Part shown: positions 51,583 through 63,843 of the stretch, one piece after another | Layout: each line of letters opens with the position of its first letter | Numbering within the stretch: the stretch's first letter is position 1 | Origin: Octopus sinensis | Lineage: Eukaryota | Assembly: GCF_006345805.1 (NCBI RefSeq) | Contig: NC_043008.1 | Span: 48,422,001-48,486,000, forward strand | Length of the DNA: 64,000 nt | Direction: 5' to 3' | The notes under the pieces: generated by a model | The model's input: the letters and a program-made list of their open reading frames with translations, nothing else | Told to the model about the DNA's origin: nothing | Databases searched by the model: none | Translations under genes and position numbers: made by a program

Positions 51583-52490
51583 AGTTAGATGAGAAAGACT
51601 GTCATATAAAAGTGAACAGAGATGATAACCCATTGATGGATATTATCATAAAAAGTTAATTGATTGTCTGATAGTGACACATACAAAGGAAGGAATCAAA
51701 CTTAAATAGGATTGTTATATATACACAGAAAACACGGTCTATTCTAGATAGATATAGAGAAAGCAAAAAAATATGGCTGACATATGTATGTGGAATAATG
51801 ACTTTTATGAATAATATCACCATAATGAGAATTCTTATAGAGAACTGTCAATAACTCTATGAGTCCTCAAAAGCTCCATAAAGCCAGGGTTTAAGATTTG
51901 GCTATTATGCTCTTAAGCAGATGGGTTAAATCTTCTCCCAGGCAGGTTTTTATTCTATTCAAAAGTTATCATGACACCCACACGGTGCCTATTCTCAGCT
52001 AGGTGAATTGATGTGGATATAAATGTCCTGTTTAAGATATAATTGTCTTCCCCATACATAGAAAAAGGTGTGTGAAAAAGCTGAATTAAAACCTTATCCA
52101 CAAGGTCATTTTATTCCACCAACAATTCCTGCTGCTCCCCATCATTTGATAGCAGCAAAGGTTCACTAGAAATGGCACACATAAATGAAGACAAACATAA
52201 TTCCAGTAATTCCTTGTGCAAAGTGTTAGAAGATTGCAAGTATATACACAGACACCCACACAAGCAACAAACTATTCTACCACCAAATAGTGGAATAATT
52301 TGATAGTCCCAACATCCATTCAATGACTTCGATATTGTATTTTCTCTTCACAAAAATGTGATTATCGTTATGACACCATTTACATTTGAAGAAGGTCGAA
52401 AACAAAGACGATAAATATGAAGTCAATTTGCAAAACCATTAAAGTTCTCAGCACCCTAAAGTTAAAACAATAACAGATGTCTAAGCTTCA

Positions 52491-52705
52491 TTAATGCCAA
52501 CCTACTTGAAGCAGCAGCTGGTTCTAGCAGACAGACCTCTGGTTTTAAAGTAATTTCAGTTAAAATCTTCCAGCAACCATTTCAGGTTAATTTATGTTCT
52601 AAACACCAGTTTAAGGCTGATGGTTATTTGTGTAGATTTTTCATTATTTAAAAATTAATCGAAATAAAGTTGGTATATTTCAACAGAAATATAGTAACAA
52701 AAGGG
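52491..52705 (-). mobile_element. Second piggyBac-type MITE family, copy 1
   Basis: Ends ...GTAACAAAAGGG|TTAA. The body is the reverse complement of the copy at 55596-55794. Confidence 0.65.
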
Positions 52706-53556
52706 TTAAACCCAAACTTATAATTAACCTATTAATAATCCTCATCAAATCCCCATAATTAAGAGTAATTATTTAAAGCTGAATGAAACTGAACATCCTG
52801 TGTTTCTGAAATATTTCTATATTAATTACATCATGGAAAAAACAAAATCACTTGCCAAACAAGTGCAACTCTAAATTTCTCTAGAAAATTACTTTTGCAG
52901 AAATAGAACTTTCCAATTCAGAGATTCTGGAGTTTGGAAGGATGCTAAATCTTCAAATACTAAAATTCTAGTCCCCTACATTTCCAAATACATTGCAAAT
53001 CTAGAACCTCAAACTTACCATAGGATTTGTATTGATAGTTTTATAGCATAGGTGGACTACAAGAGTTGATTTAACATAACAGACCACACACACACACAGA
53101 GGTTTCGATATATTTTACTCAGACAAGTTAATGTTTCATAGCTGCCAAGACTTTCATTTGTTCATATATACTTCTGAGTATCCTCAAAATGTGATATAAA
53201 TATTTTCAAACTTTTGTATCTTAGCAATATTGACCATTTGTGAAAAACAGAAAATATGGATCATTTTTGGATACTTTTCATTTGTGTTATCCTTTTTAAT
53301 AGAGTTCATTTTTAGGGAGAGTGTGTGTATGAATGTATGAATGAAATAAATGCGTGTGTGTGTGGGGGGGGTGTTTATGTTGTGTTTGCAGTAATATAGA
53401 TGTTAAAGCTAGATTAGTAACACTGACATAACAGCAATGTTATTTCAGCTGAGGTATCACCACAGCCCCCACTACTGGGAACAGATTTGGACTCAATTCT
53501 GTCATACTTGCCACGCATTGTATGTTTGTAAAGTTCAACAGTCAATTAAATAGGTC

Positions 53557-53660
53557 TCAGTACGTGACCGGTACCTTATTTTAATGACCCAGAAGGATGA
53601 AGAGAAAAGTTAACTTCAACAGGATTTGAACTCAGAATGTGAAGAACCACAAGAGCTATC
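53557..53660 (-). mobile_element. SINE B fragment
   Basis: GGTACCTTATTTTAATGACCC..GGATGAAG..GGATTTGAACTCAGAATG. Confidence 0.7.
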
Positions 53661-53665
53661 TTCAG

Positions 53666-53910
53666 ATCATCATCATCGTCATCATCGCTTAACGTCCGTT
53701 TTCCATGCTAGCACGGGTTGGATGGTTCGACTGGGGTTTGGGAAGCCAGGGGGCTACACCAGGCTCCAATCTGATCTGGCAGTGTTTCTACAGCTGGATG
53801 CCCTTCCTAACGCCAACCACTCTGTGAGTGTAGTGGGTGCTTTTTACATGCCACCGGCACAGGTGCCAGGGGAGGCTGGAAATGGCCACGATCGGTTGGT
53901 ACTTTTTATA
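53666..53910 (-). mobile_element. RTE-type 3' UTR (family C), well preserved
   Basis: CATCATCATCG..TTAACGTCCGTTTTCCATGCTAGCACGGGTTGG..TTTCTACAGCTGGATGCCCTTCCTAACGCCAACC plus about one minisatellite unit. Confidence 0.88.
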
Positions 53911-55259
53911 TCTTCAGATATAAATACTTATTCAATTTTCATCTACCATCATCAAAACAAGCTGTTCCTGGCTCAACCATAAGTCAAGAACATCTCTCTA
54001 TATCTCTTTCTCCCTTCCTTGCTCTCCACTGATCTTTATAGAGTTTCAAACATATCAATAACAGCTCATGGTTCTTTGTTTTGCTGCCCAGAATTCTGTG
54101 CCAAAAGTTTCACAAGGGGTTGTGGTTGGCATTGTCATCTTTGATACTTGCAAGGTAAGTTGTTGTCAGCCACCACCAAACAAACCTGTTGAAAGGTATT
54201 CCAGGCTTGGTCACTTCCTTTTAGTATATCAAGGACTATATTCTTCAAGGTGTCCCTTTTTTTTTATGATAGAAGGATGTGATTTATAGAGATTTGGCTG
54301 ATCTTTCTAGAGACTTCCTAAAAACTCCATCATTTGATTTATTCCATTGTAAATGGAAATGTTTGGCAATAGAACATGTGATGTTTTGTTCCTTTACAAA
54401 CATTTCAATAGACTAATTTTAAACAACTTCAATAACAATGCCAAGACCAAAAATAAGTTTTAAATAAATTCTTTTCTAAAATAAGTGAAGTCAACAAAGA
54501 AGCTTTACATGCTTGCTTGATTGCTAGAAATAATAGCCAAATTACCATCAAATCTCACCATACAGTCTTAAGAATGGGAAGACTACATCAGATAATGGTG
54601 TTCTAGAACCCCTCCCCACTCTGAAAAGACAAGACGATCATGGCTGGAATGCCTTTGATCATAGGTATGATCAGTAGGGGTTGATCTGAGAATGAGAGGC
54701 AACAAGCAAATGAAGTTGTAAAATATATTCAACATCTTCATATTTTCAAAAGTTAATTTTACTCATTTCCTTTTTCTGAAATTTTATATACAAGTTAGTC
54801 AAGAAGGATATGCAGTGCTCATGACCTCCTCAAATTGGTGAAGTTGGTGTGGTCAACGGCCCTCCACCAGAATGTTTGTCAGACACTGTCAGCAGGATAA
54901 ACATGAAGATGGAGGGAACAAAGGTCAAGTCTGAATTCTTACAAATTGTGTAAATTCTGCTACAGGCATCCAATGAACAGTCAGTAGTGCTAAACTGAAA
55001 GGGGCATGTCAGGACTATAACCCAGATAAAGACACTTTTAAAACAAACTTATTTCAAGCACAAAATTATTCAGTGACTTCTAATGTCCCATAAAGACATT
55101 AATATATAATATAATTAGGTTTCTCATTCCATGACAACAAATATACTTATATGCTAATTTAACAATTTGATCCCAGATATTTCAAAGACAGTACTTCTGC
55201 TGAAGAGATCCACAAAGTCTGAAACATGCCTGGAATTGTCAACCATACTTAACAACAGA

Positions 55260-55299
<40 letters not shown>

Positions 55300-55301
<2 letters not shown>

Positions 55302-55507
55302 CATCCTTTCAACTATAGACACAAGGCCTGAAATCTTAGGAGAGGAGTTAGTTGATGACATCAACTCCAGTAATTGACTGGTTCTTATTTTATTAATCCT
55401 GAAAGGATGAAAGACAAAATCAACCATGGCAGAATTTCAACTCAGAATGTAAAAAAAATGGATGAAAAGCTACTAAGCATTTTGTCCAATTCTGACAACT
55501 CACTGCC
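55300..55507 (-). mobile_element. SINE B followed (on its own strand) by an (ATT)n tail
   Basis: GACACAAGGCCTGAAAT..GGATGAAAGACAAA..GAATTTCAACTCAGAATG; (AAT)n at ~55259-55300. Confidence 0.85.
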
Positions 55508-55595
55508 ACAATAATTATCATAATAATAATGGTTATAAATTAATTATCTTTGCCTGCATATCAAATCTTATGGTTTGTTAGTTTTCTAGACATAA

Positions 55596-55794
55596 CCCTT
55601 TTCTTACAATTTCTCTGCTGAAATACATATACCACCTTTGTTTCAATTAATTTTGACATCATTAATTTGGTGTTTGGGATTTAAATTACCATGAAACTTT
55701 GAGAGGTTTTAATTTAGACCTTGATCCCTTTGAAACAAGAAGCTTATATCACAGAAATAGGGATAATCTCAGGTTGATTTGGTATCAAAAGCAT
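55596..55794 (+). mobile_element. Second piggyBac-type MITE family, copy 2
   Basis: ATAA|CCCTTTTCTTAC...TTTGTTTCAATTAATTTTG...TTGGTATCAAAAGC; homologous in inverted orientation to 52491-52705. Confidence 0.6.
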
Positions 55795-55852
55795 TGAACA
55801 TCTTTTCAATTAGCTCTTGATATAATTCATTTTCTTTTTCTAATTTACCGAG

Positions 55853-55875
55853 AAGAGAGGGAGAGAGAGAGAGAG

Positions 55876-55923
<48 letters not shown>
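55853..55923. repeat. Compound (GA)n(GT)n microsatellite
   Basis: Directly visible; similar (GT)n/(GA)n junctions at ~3895-3937, ~9843-9920 and ~35060-35124. Confidence 0.95.
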
Positions 55924-55924
<1 letters not shown>

Positions 55925-56583
55925 ATCTTTAAAAAAATGTTTTTTCTCTTTTCTTCTGCAATCTATGTGGAATGGAAGATTCCAGGGTTATAGGAAATGG
56001 TGATGACAATGGCAGCAGACAATCTAATTTTATTTGAGAAGCTGTGACTCATTGAAAGCCAAAGGAAGTGAAGATGTTGACTCAGTAATTTCACACTAAC
56101 AACATCACTACTTATCAAACAAGGCACTATACCAGAAACTACTAGTAAATTAGGAATTACGAGTTAACGAGAAAATTTATTTCATTTAGAAAAACCAAGT
56201 TACTGAGAACTGAATGGAATGTTAACAGGCATTTCTTTTAAATGCTTGCTTTTATCTTCAGTAACCATTCATAAAATCTTCCTCTTATTCATGTTGCTGT
56301 ATATATAAATATATATATGTGTGTGTGTGTGTGTGTATAATGAACCCATGGGTATACTTCATACAACAGGAATTAATCCCTACTCAGTATATTCCAGGAA
56401 ATAATTATGATTGATATACATTTGCCATAACATAAATAACTACATCCTGCTTTGCATTCAAAAGTGAAGTTTCTTAGCTGAGACAAATAGTGACCAAACT
56501 GACAAAGTAGTCATGTTTTAAACAACCCTACATCAGTAGTATATATTTTGTATATACTGCAGTATGTGGGGTTTATATATGTA

Positions 56584-56617
<34 letters not shown>

Positions 56618-56634
56618 TCTTTTTTGTTTTTTTG

Positions 56635-56800
56635 CTTATCTCAGTCATTTGACTGCAGTGTGCTGGAGCACTGCCTTAAAGGGTCTTAGTTGAAGAAATT
56701 GATCCCAGGACTTATCCTTTGTAAGTCTAGTCCTTATTTTGTCAGTCTCTTTTGCCAAACTGCTAAGTTATGGAGACATAAACACAGAGAACACACTGAC

Positions 56801-56837
<37 letters not shown>

Positions 56838-57000
56838 CAACAGGTTTCTTTTAGTTTCCTTCTACCGAATCCACTCGCAAAACTTGGGTCAGCCTGGGGC
56901 TATAATAGAAGACACTTACCCAACATGCCACACAGTGGGACTGAACCCAGAACCATGTGGTTGGGAAGCAAGTTTCTTACCACACAACCACGCTTGCGTC
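56635..57000 (-). mobile_element. SINE family A, head-to-head with the 57051 copy
   Basis: Reverse complement of the same head and 3' module; separated from 57051 by ~50 bp of (TA)n. Confidence 0.9.
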
Positions 57001-57012
57001 TATATATATATA

Positions 57013-57050
<38 letters not shown>

Positions 57051-57053
<3 letters not shown>

Positions 57054-57215
57054 CGCAGGAGTGGCTGTGTGGTAAATAGCTTGCTTACTAACCACATGGT
57101 TCCGGGTTCAGTTCCACTGCGTGGTACCTTGGGCAAGTGTCTTCTACTACAGCCTTGGCCAACTAAAGCCTTGTGAGTGGATTCGGTAGACTGAAACAAA
57201 AGAAGCCTGTCATAC

Positions 57216-57257
<42 letters not shown>

Positions 57258-57449
57258 GTGTGTATATGTTTGTGTGTCTGTTCCCCCAACATCGCTTGAC
57301 AACCGATGGCAGTGTTTACGTCCCCATAACTTAGCGGTTTGGCAAAAGAAACTGATAGAATAAGTACTAGGCTTACAAAGAATAAGTTCTCGGGTTGATT
57401 TGCTCGACTTAAGGTGGTGCTCCAGCATGGCTGCACTGAAACAAGTAAA
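57051..57449 (+). mobile_element. tRNA-derived SINE family A, near-complete copy
   Basis: A-box-like TGGCTGTGTGG, B-box-like GGTTCAGTTCC, CORE-like CCTTGGGCAAGTG, internal (TA/TG)n, 3' module ending GGTGCTCCAGCATGGCTGCA..GAAACAAGTAAA. Confidence 0.9.
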
Positions 57450-57471
57450 TATATCTATATATATATATATA

Positions 57472-58327
57472 TAGGGTGTGATGAGCAAATTGTCATCATT
57501 TAATATTATTAATTTCACACGTGTATTGTTTGTTTTGATTTTGTCAACTACACAGTATGGTAGGGTCAGTTGGGCACCATTTGTGAGAAAAACAATTCAC
57601 TCAGTCAGAAATTTGGAAACAGCATATTGTACTGCTTGACATTCATGCTAGAAGTTCCAATACGAACACTTCAGAGTGTTTGTGTATCAATCTGAGGACA
57701 TGTACCGAGAGTGATAAAAATCCAACATCCAGTCAACATCATGGTGCTTGGGGTGATAATGAGCGATGGTAACATTATGCCTCCATTCATCTTCCCACAC
57801 AGCTTTAGACTCAATGCGGAGGCCTACATCAAGTGCCTGGAGGAGGTAGTGTTGCCTTGGGTCAAGCGAGTGGCCTGCTGGAAGACCCCATGTCTGGCAA
57901 CAGACTCTTCACCATGCCACACAAGCAGGTGAGGCCAGTCATCGCCGTCAGACAATTTCTGCAACCACATCACCCCTAACATCTGGTCACCTAACCCCCA
58001 GATTACAATCTCCTTGATCATTATGTGTGGGGATCAGTTGAGCAAGAGACCAACAAAACTCTTAGTAACACCAAAGATGAATTGAAGGCAAAGATTATGG
58101 CAGCATTCACCAACTTAAACAAGGAGACTGTCCAGAAGAGTTGCAGGAGATTCCAAAAACGTCTGGAGCCCATAGTTGAAATCAATGGTGATTTTATTGA
58201 ATAAATTTACTCTTCAGTATTTCAAGATATTTTTATGTAATTTTAGTAAATACAGCTGTTAAAATGAGATGCCAGTGTTATCTTCATTTTTGCATAATTT
58301 AGATGACAATATATTCACTGCACCCTG
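57472..58327 (+). mobile_element. Internally deleted DD37D (maT family) transposon relic
   Basis: Degenerate TIRs TAGGGTGTGATGAGCAAATTGTCATC / GATGACAATATATTCACTGCACCCTG|TA. Transposase C-half: QHPVNIMVLGVIMSDGNIMPPFIFP, LNAEAYIKCLEEVVLPWVKRV, DSSPCH, W(S)PN(S)PDYNLLDHYVWG. D 57903-05 to D 58016-18 is 110 nt, i.e. 37 codons minus 1 nt. Confidence 0.9.
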
Positions 58328-59019
58328 TATATGGGGAAAGAGAGGGAAAGCATTAATGTATAATCAAAGAGCAATAGTGTATATTCTCTATGTACATGTG
58401 TGTGAGTGTGATAGCATTAATGTACAAGCAATCAGAGAAGTAATAACATAGGTCTGTAGTAGTGAAACGAATCAGACTAGTGAAGAATTCCTGTAAACCA
58501 GAATGATAGTGAAGTCTGGCAGAGAGCCCAGATAGAAAGAAAGAAAAAGAAAAAATGGTAGCAAATAGAAGTTGCCATTGAAACGTAGGTTTCAAGGTTG
58601 GAGATGGTAATTCTTGGCTAGAAACATCAAGTCTCGCAATTGGTTCTCCTCCTCACAGAATAAGACAAATGTTATTGTTGTCGTTGTTGTTATCTTTATT
58701 TGTTCTGCTGCTCTTAGTCATCAGTCAGCAGGAGTTTCTAGTTTTCAGTCAATGTAGTAAGCTCAGTGTAGGTCAAGATCATAGAGTAATTTATAGGTAA
58801 CTTGAACACACACACACACACACCTACTCTAATGAAACAGCTGCCATTGATAAAATAAGGCAACTACTATTTACACTGCTGCTGGGAAATACTACTTATA
58901 TGTATTTTGTATTTTTAGGTATATTTACATTTGTTTATTTTAGACATTCATTAAAGGATGAATGGAAACAATAACCAAAATAACCATCTTGTGTGTGTGT
59001 GTGTGTGTGTTGTGTGTGT

Positions 59020-59265
59020 GTGTGCACCCTTGTCTTGACATCATCTGATGATTGTAAAAGAGCATAACCATCATACAAGTGAGGTTTGTTTGTTTCCAGT
59101 CTTCCATGGAAAACATATCTGGCCCATGCGGAAATTATTACCTTGCTTTAAAAGAGTTAAGGGCTAGTGACAGGAAATAGCACAGAATATAGAAAATCTG
59201 CCTCAACCAATTCCATCCGACCCCTGCAAGCATGGAAAAGGGGACTTTAAAACAACAATGACGAC
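59020..59265 (+). mobile_element. SINE A2 3' module
   Basis: Follows (GT)n; TGTCTTGACATC..TAGAAAATCTGCCTCAA..GCAAGCATGGAAAAGGGGACTTTAAA. Confidence 0.7.
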
Positions 59266-61051
59266 AATATACATCACAATGACCTACTCCGTTTTAGTCT
59301 GACTTTTTGTTTTTACTAAAAATTAGATACAGAATAAAACCCTAAATTTCATAAATAGGAATGGTTAAGTTTCTTATCAAAGATAAAAACAAAACCCCCA
59401 AAAATAGACATTTGAAGATATAGAAAAAAACTAATCTACTGATATAAACCTTACAGTTTAGAAGTGTAGAAACCCTGTGTGCGCACATGTGCATATACAT
59501 GTGGGGGGGGGCATGTGTGATTCTTTAGACCACATAAAATGGAAGAAACTTGCTACAAAGTGAAATATGACATCAAACATTGCATGAGGTAACAGAATGT
59601 AGAATCAGAGGATATCTGAAAATAGAATTATATATTTATATGTTCCCCTTCATTGTTCAGAAACCTTATCAACAGAAGAGGGGAAAAAAAGTGACACTTC
59701 TGAGTGACAGAGAGGAAAAGCTAGTTTTGAATAACTGCTGCATATGAAATTATTATAGCTGGGCTGTTGTTGTGTAACCAAATTCTACCTTCTGTTATTG
59801 GCCATATATAGTAAGGCGCGACTGTTGATAACGCAGGCATTACAGAGATTTTATCTCAAGAATCATAATACATAGGTCTCTGTATATCAGATAGTGATGC
59901 TCTATAGCAAAAATATAATATGCATGGCCATTGACAAATCCTACACACACACCCGATGATTATCACGAGAGAGAGAGAGAGAGCATTAATATTATTTCAA
60001 CATATCCTGCATGTTGTATGAACAAGAAACAAAAAATTAGAAAAAGAAGATTAAAATTTTAAATAACCATAAAGTGACAGTAATTACTGCTTGCTAATCT
60101 TTGTGAAACTGTAAAATTGATGTTCTTAAAACTAATCTTAACATTCTAGTTAAAAAAAAAACAAAAACAACTTAAGAACTATAGTTAGGCTAACACTATT
60201 CTAAATTTAATTTGATTACCAAAAGCTTTCAATGAGGTCATCAAGTTAAAAAGGTACAAAATACTAATTACTTGCATGAGAGAATATTCACCAACTACCG
60301 ATATTTTCAGTAAACCTTTACAGCTTAATTGCTTTCTAAATTAGGTAACAATCTAATTACACAGAGACATTAGTGCAGTATGTAAGGAAATTTGTAAAAA
60401 CTTGAAATATTTTGTATTTCAAAAGTGAATTAATTTTTTTCTTTTATTACTAAACACCTCTCTTCTTATGGCGTGAAATACTAAAGTTTTTTTTCAAGAA
60501 ATACATAACAGAAACAAAGCAAAAGAAACATGTATCTTTTATTTACTGATGTCAACAGTTCATCTCAAAAATAACCAACACTGGTTTCTAAGCTTAGCTC
60601 TACAAAAGCAGGATGTTAGCCTGACTCTGGAAAAGAGGAACAAACCCATTACTAATGGATTAACCTCAGACTTAGTTCAAATGCTTATAATACAGTGGAC
60701 TCCACTAGAGACACCCAAAGGTCAGGTAACAGTGTTGCAATGGCTAACGTTAAATCTATCACCCAAACAGTATTTAGAAGTACATTATTTGATGTCTCTT
60801 TATTTTTTCAAAACACAGTAGCGTTTGGTTTGAGACAGATTTTACTGCTATTTCTAGCATACAATGATTGTTTTGCATTATTGGCTTCAAAAGATCTAGC
60901 CATACAGATTTGTTCGGATAAAACTCAGTGATTAAAGTACATTTGATATTTTAACATTCAATGTTCCATCAATTTTTAAATTTATAAAAAAATATTGTAC
61001 CAGATTGTTCTACTCTGCTAAAACCAATAGCAAAAGATATTGAGGCGCACA

Positions 61052-61483
61052 TCTCTCTATATATAAACGGCAGTTTGTCTGTGTGTGTTTCTGTCAGGTT
61101 GTACCCTCACCCTGACCACGGCTTTCAACCGATTCTGATAAAACTTGACACACACATAGCCCAATGTCATAATTCAAAACTAACGCAGCGAAAATTTTGA
61201 AAAGTTCCCCCAGTTCTGAAAAAGATCGATAAATTCGACATGGGGTCGAGAATCTAAGCTTTTTATATGCAACACATTTTCTGTCTAGGGGACACAACTC
61301 GACCTTTTTATCGCCCAAAGGGACAGCTAGGAACATCGTATACACAAAAGTATTCGAGTGAAGAGAAGACATTGCAACCTACACATGCGCCTTCGTTCCC
61401 TAGAGGGAAAGGACTAGATTGGGATTAGTCGTTGCCTACTAGGGGCTCTTACATACCCGGGCAATGCCGGGCTATGCTGCTAG
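61052..61483 (+). mobile_element. Non-autonomous Helitron (432 bp)
   Basis: 5' A|TCTCTCTATATATAAA; 3' GC-rich hairpin CCCGGGCAATGCCGGG (61456-61471) 8 nt upstream of CTAG|T. Inserted between A and T with no TSD, as expected for Helitrons. Confidence 0.85.
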
Positions 61484-62240
61484 TTTGGGTATAAAAATAT
61501 ACTAAAACAAATTTAAACCCAATTTTAATATGGAAATTGATTTTAGCCGTTACATAAACAAATTTCTCGAGAGAAACTCAATTATAAAACCCTTCTTTAG
61601 GAAGATTTACCTCTTGCTTATTATAATAGGTAAGGTGTAGATAGTTATTATTTAGTCAGAGCAGAAATTCATATAACCCTTTAATTTTATTAAAATTCAA
61701 GCCATACAAGTCATTTAATTTTAAATATTCAGGTTACTACTTCATCAGAGTGTAAACCTCGAAAAACACTTTGGTTGCTTTAAGGAAAACTTTCTAATGA
61801 ATTTAACTGATGTTGTTACAAATTTCAAATATAAACTTTTATAGCAGATTTGTATTAAATAGAATTCCAGTTAAGAAAATGGATCTACTTCCTCTGCATC
61901 GCAGTCACATGTTGGTGCCATTAACCAAACTCTATTACTTCTCTTAAATTTATCTTAGCAGGTCAGCATGGCCAAGGAAATAGCCTGCAGGAATATACAT
62001 GTAGTTTTAAAAGAAACGAAACAAATTCTTAAAAAGATAGTAAGAACAAAATGTATCAAAAAGTACAAGATTTTAGAGGTGTCCAATACACAATAAGCAT
62101 TCAGCCGATACTAAAACCAAAGCCATAAACATGGCCCAAGTGTCAGTTTAGCCAATACCAAGAAAACAGAGAAACAGCTAAGAACATGTTTGCTGGCCTG
62201 GAATTGAAATAAGATAAAGAAATATTCTAAACTGATGTAA

Positions 62241-62272
<32 letters not shown>

Positions 62273-63416
62273 TGACATACTGTGATAATTCCACAGATAC
62301 CCCCACCTCCTCTGTCATACCACCACACTGTACCAATGTCACTAATTGGTATGATGCAGTTCAGAGATAACGGGCTTATTTTAACTCAATATTAATAATG
62401 AGGATGGTCTTTTAAATGTATCCCAAAAAGACCCCAACCTTCCATATTTTACAACTGAAAGCAGTAAAACAGACAGGAATCAGGCATACTTTGAAAAACA
62501 AAAGTAGGTATGGAATTCTGAACTCCTGTCTGAAAAGAATTATCCTGGTTTCTTTCTAAATGGACATAGTAATCTAATATAAAGTTTGGAAATGGATATT
62601 GAATCTTGCTTAGTCTTAATAATTTTCACAAAATAAACAAACAAAAAAGAGCTTAGAACCATAAACAAGGTAAATGTAATCCTAGGACAATCATAAACGA
62701 GTAAGAGAGTTTCAAATTTCAATTCCACCATCAATTTATATTAGCAGATCAATGAAGACAATGAAGCCTAAAGTCACAGTTGTAAATTATGACTCTACCA
62801 GTATTGCTGTTATTGTTGTTGCTGTCTTTTCCCATTGATTGTGAAAGACTTTAATGGTTAAAGCTTTGAAATGAAAACCAATTATATGGACAATTCTATT
62901 AACGATGAGATTGATTATAGAAAAAAAAACATAAGTGATTGATGATGATGTGAGACTAACAGAAAATAATGAGCTCAGCTCTTTATATTAATTATAGATT
63001 CATCCTTTCTTTTATCACAACAGTGAGTCTTGACAAAGTTAGAAAAACAGTTAATTTTCCATTCATTGACAATTTGCTGCAACTCTGTAATGATGAATGT
63101 CTGAATGTCAAATGAAAATATTTCTAGCAGACAACAAACAGCATTACATGTTAGTTTTGCAAAGAATAACAACTTAATTAACATTCGTTGCTCCAACATC
63201 CACTCTACATACTGAGACACAAGCTTACACGCACACAGTGTGAGCTATTAGTTTCGTGCCTCTGGAAATACAATGGTCAGACAATCTTTCATAGCTTGCA
63301 TTTAAATCCTGTGTATATTAAAATATTTATCTCTCACTGGATGGAGCGCTTCTTTGTTAATCCCACTAATAATGGAACAATACATTATATATATATGTGC
63401 ATGTGCATATATATAC

Positions 63417-63843
63417 ATCATCATCGTCGTCGTTGTTTAACGTCTGCTTTCCATGCTGGCATGGGTTGGACGGTTTGACTGAGGACTGGTGAGCCAGAAG
63501 GCTGCACCAGGCTCAATCTGATCTTGCAAAGTTTCTACAGCTAGATGCCCTTCCTAATGCCAACCACTCCGAGACTGTAGTGGGTGCTTTTACGTGCCAC
63601 TGGCACGGGGGCCAGTCAGGTGGTTCTGGCAATGACCACACTCAAAAGGTGTTTTTTACGTGCTACCTGCACGGGAGCCAGTCCAGCAGCACTGGCAACG
63701 ACCACACTCAAATGTTTTCACAAGCCACCGGCACATGTGCCAGTAAGGCGACGCTGACAACGATCACGCTTGACTGGTGCTTTTTACGTGCCACCAGCAT
63801 GGGAGCCAATTCGTGGCCCTGGCAATGATCATGCTCAGATGTG
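63417..63843 (-). mobile_element. RTE-type 3' UTR (family C) with ~4 minisatellite units
   Basis: Same tail in reverse complement, followed by repeated TTTTACGTGCCAC..GCCAGT..CTGGCAA(C/T)GA(C/T)CA units. Confidence 0.88.

Noticed and set aside
52111-52460. 70-aa minus-strand ORF near an acceptor-like TTTTAACTTTAG
   Set aside because: All three frames from the acceptor hit a stop within ~26 codons, and the ORF has no recognisable domain.
57051-57125. tRNA gene candidates (A/B-box motifs), also at 508, 845, 3660 and 15429
   Set aside because: No complete cloverleaf; each continues into a SINE body or is only a degenerate head.
56739-57518. Several 100-178-aa ORFs on both strands
   Set aside because: They lie wholly in SINE A copies and (TA)n tracts (YIYIYI runs).
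62239-62268. AATAAA merging into a 27-A run, suggesting a retrocopy tail
   Set aside because: The hexamer overlaps the A-run itself; no upstream ORF and no TSD are visible.
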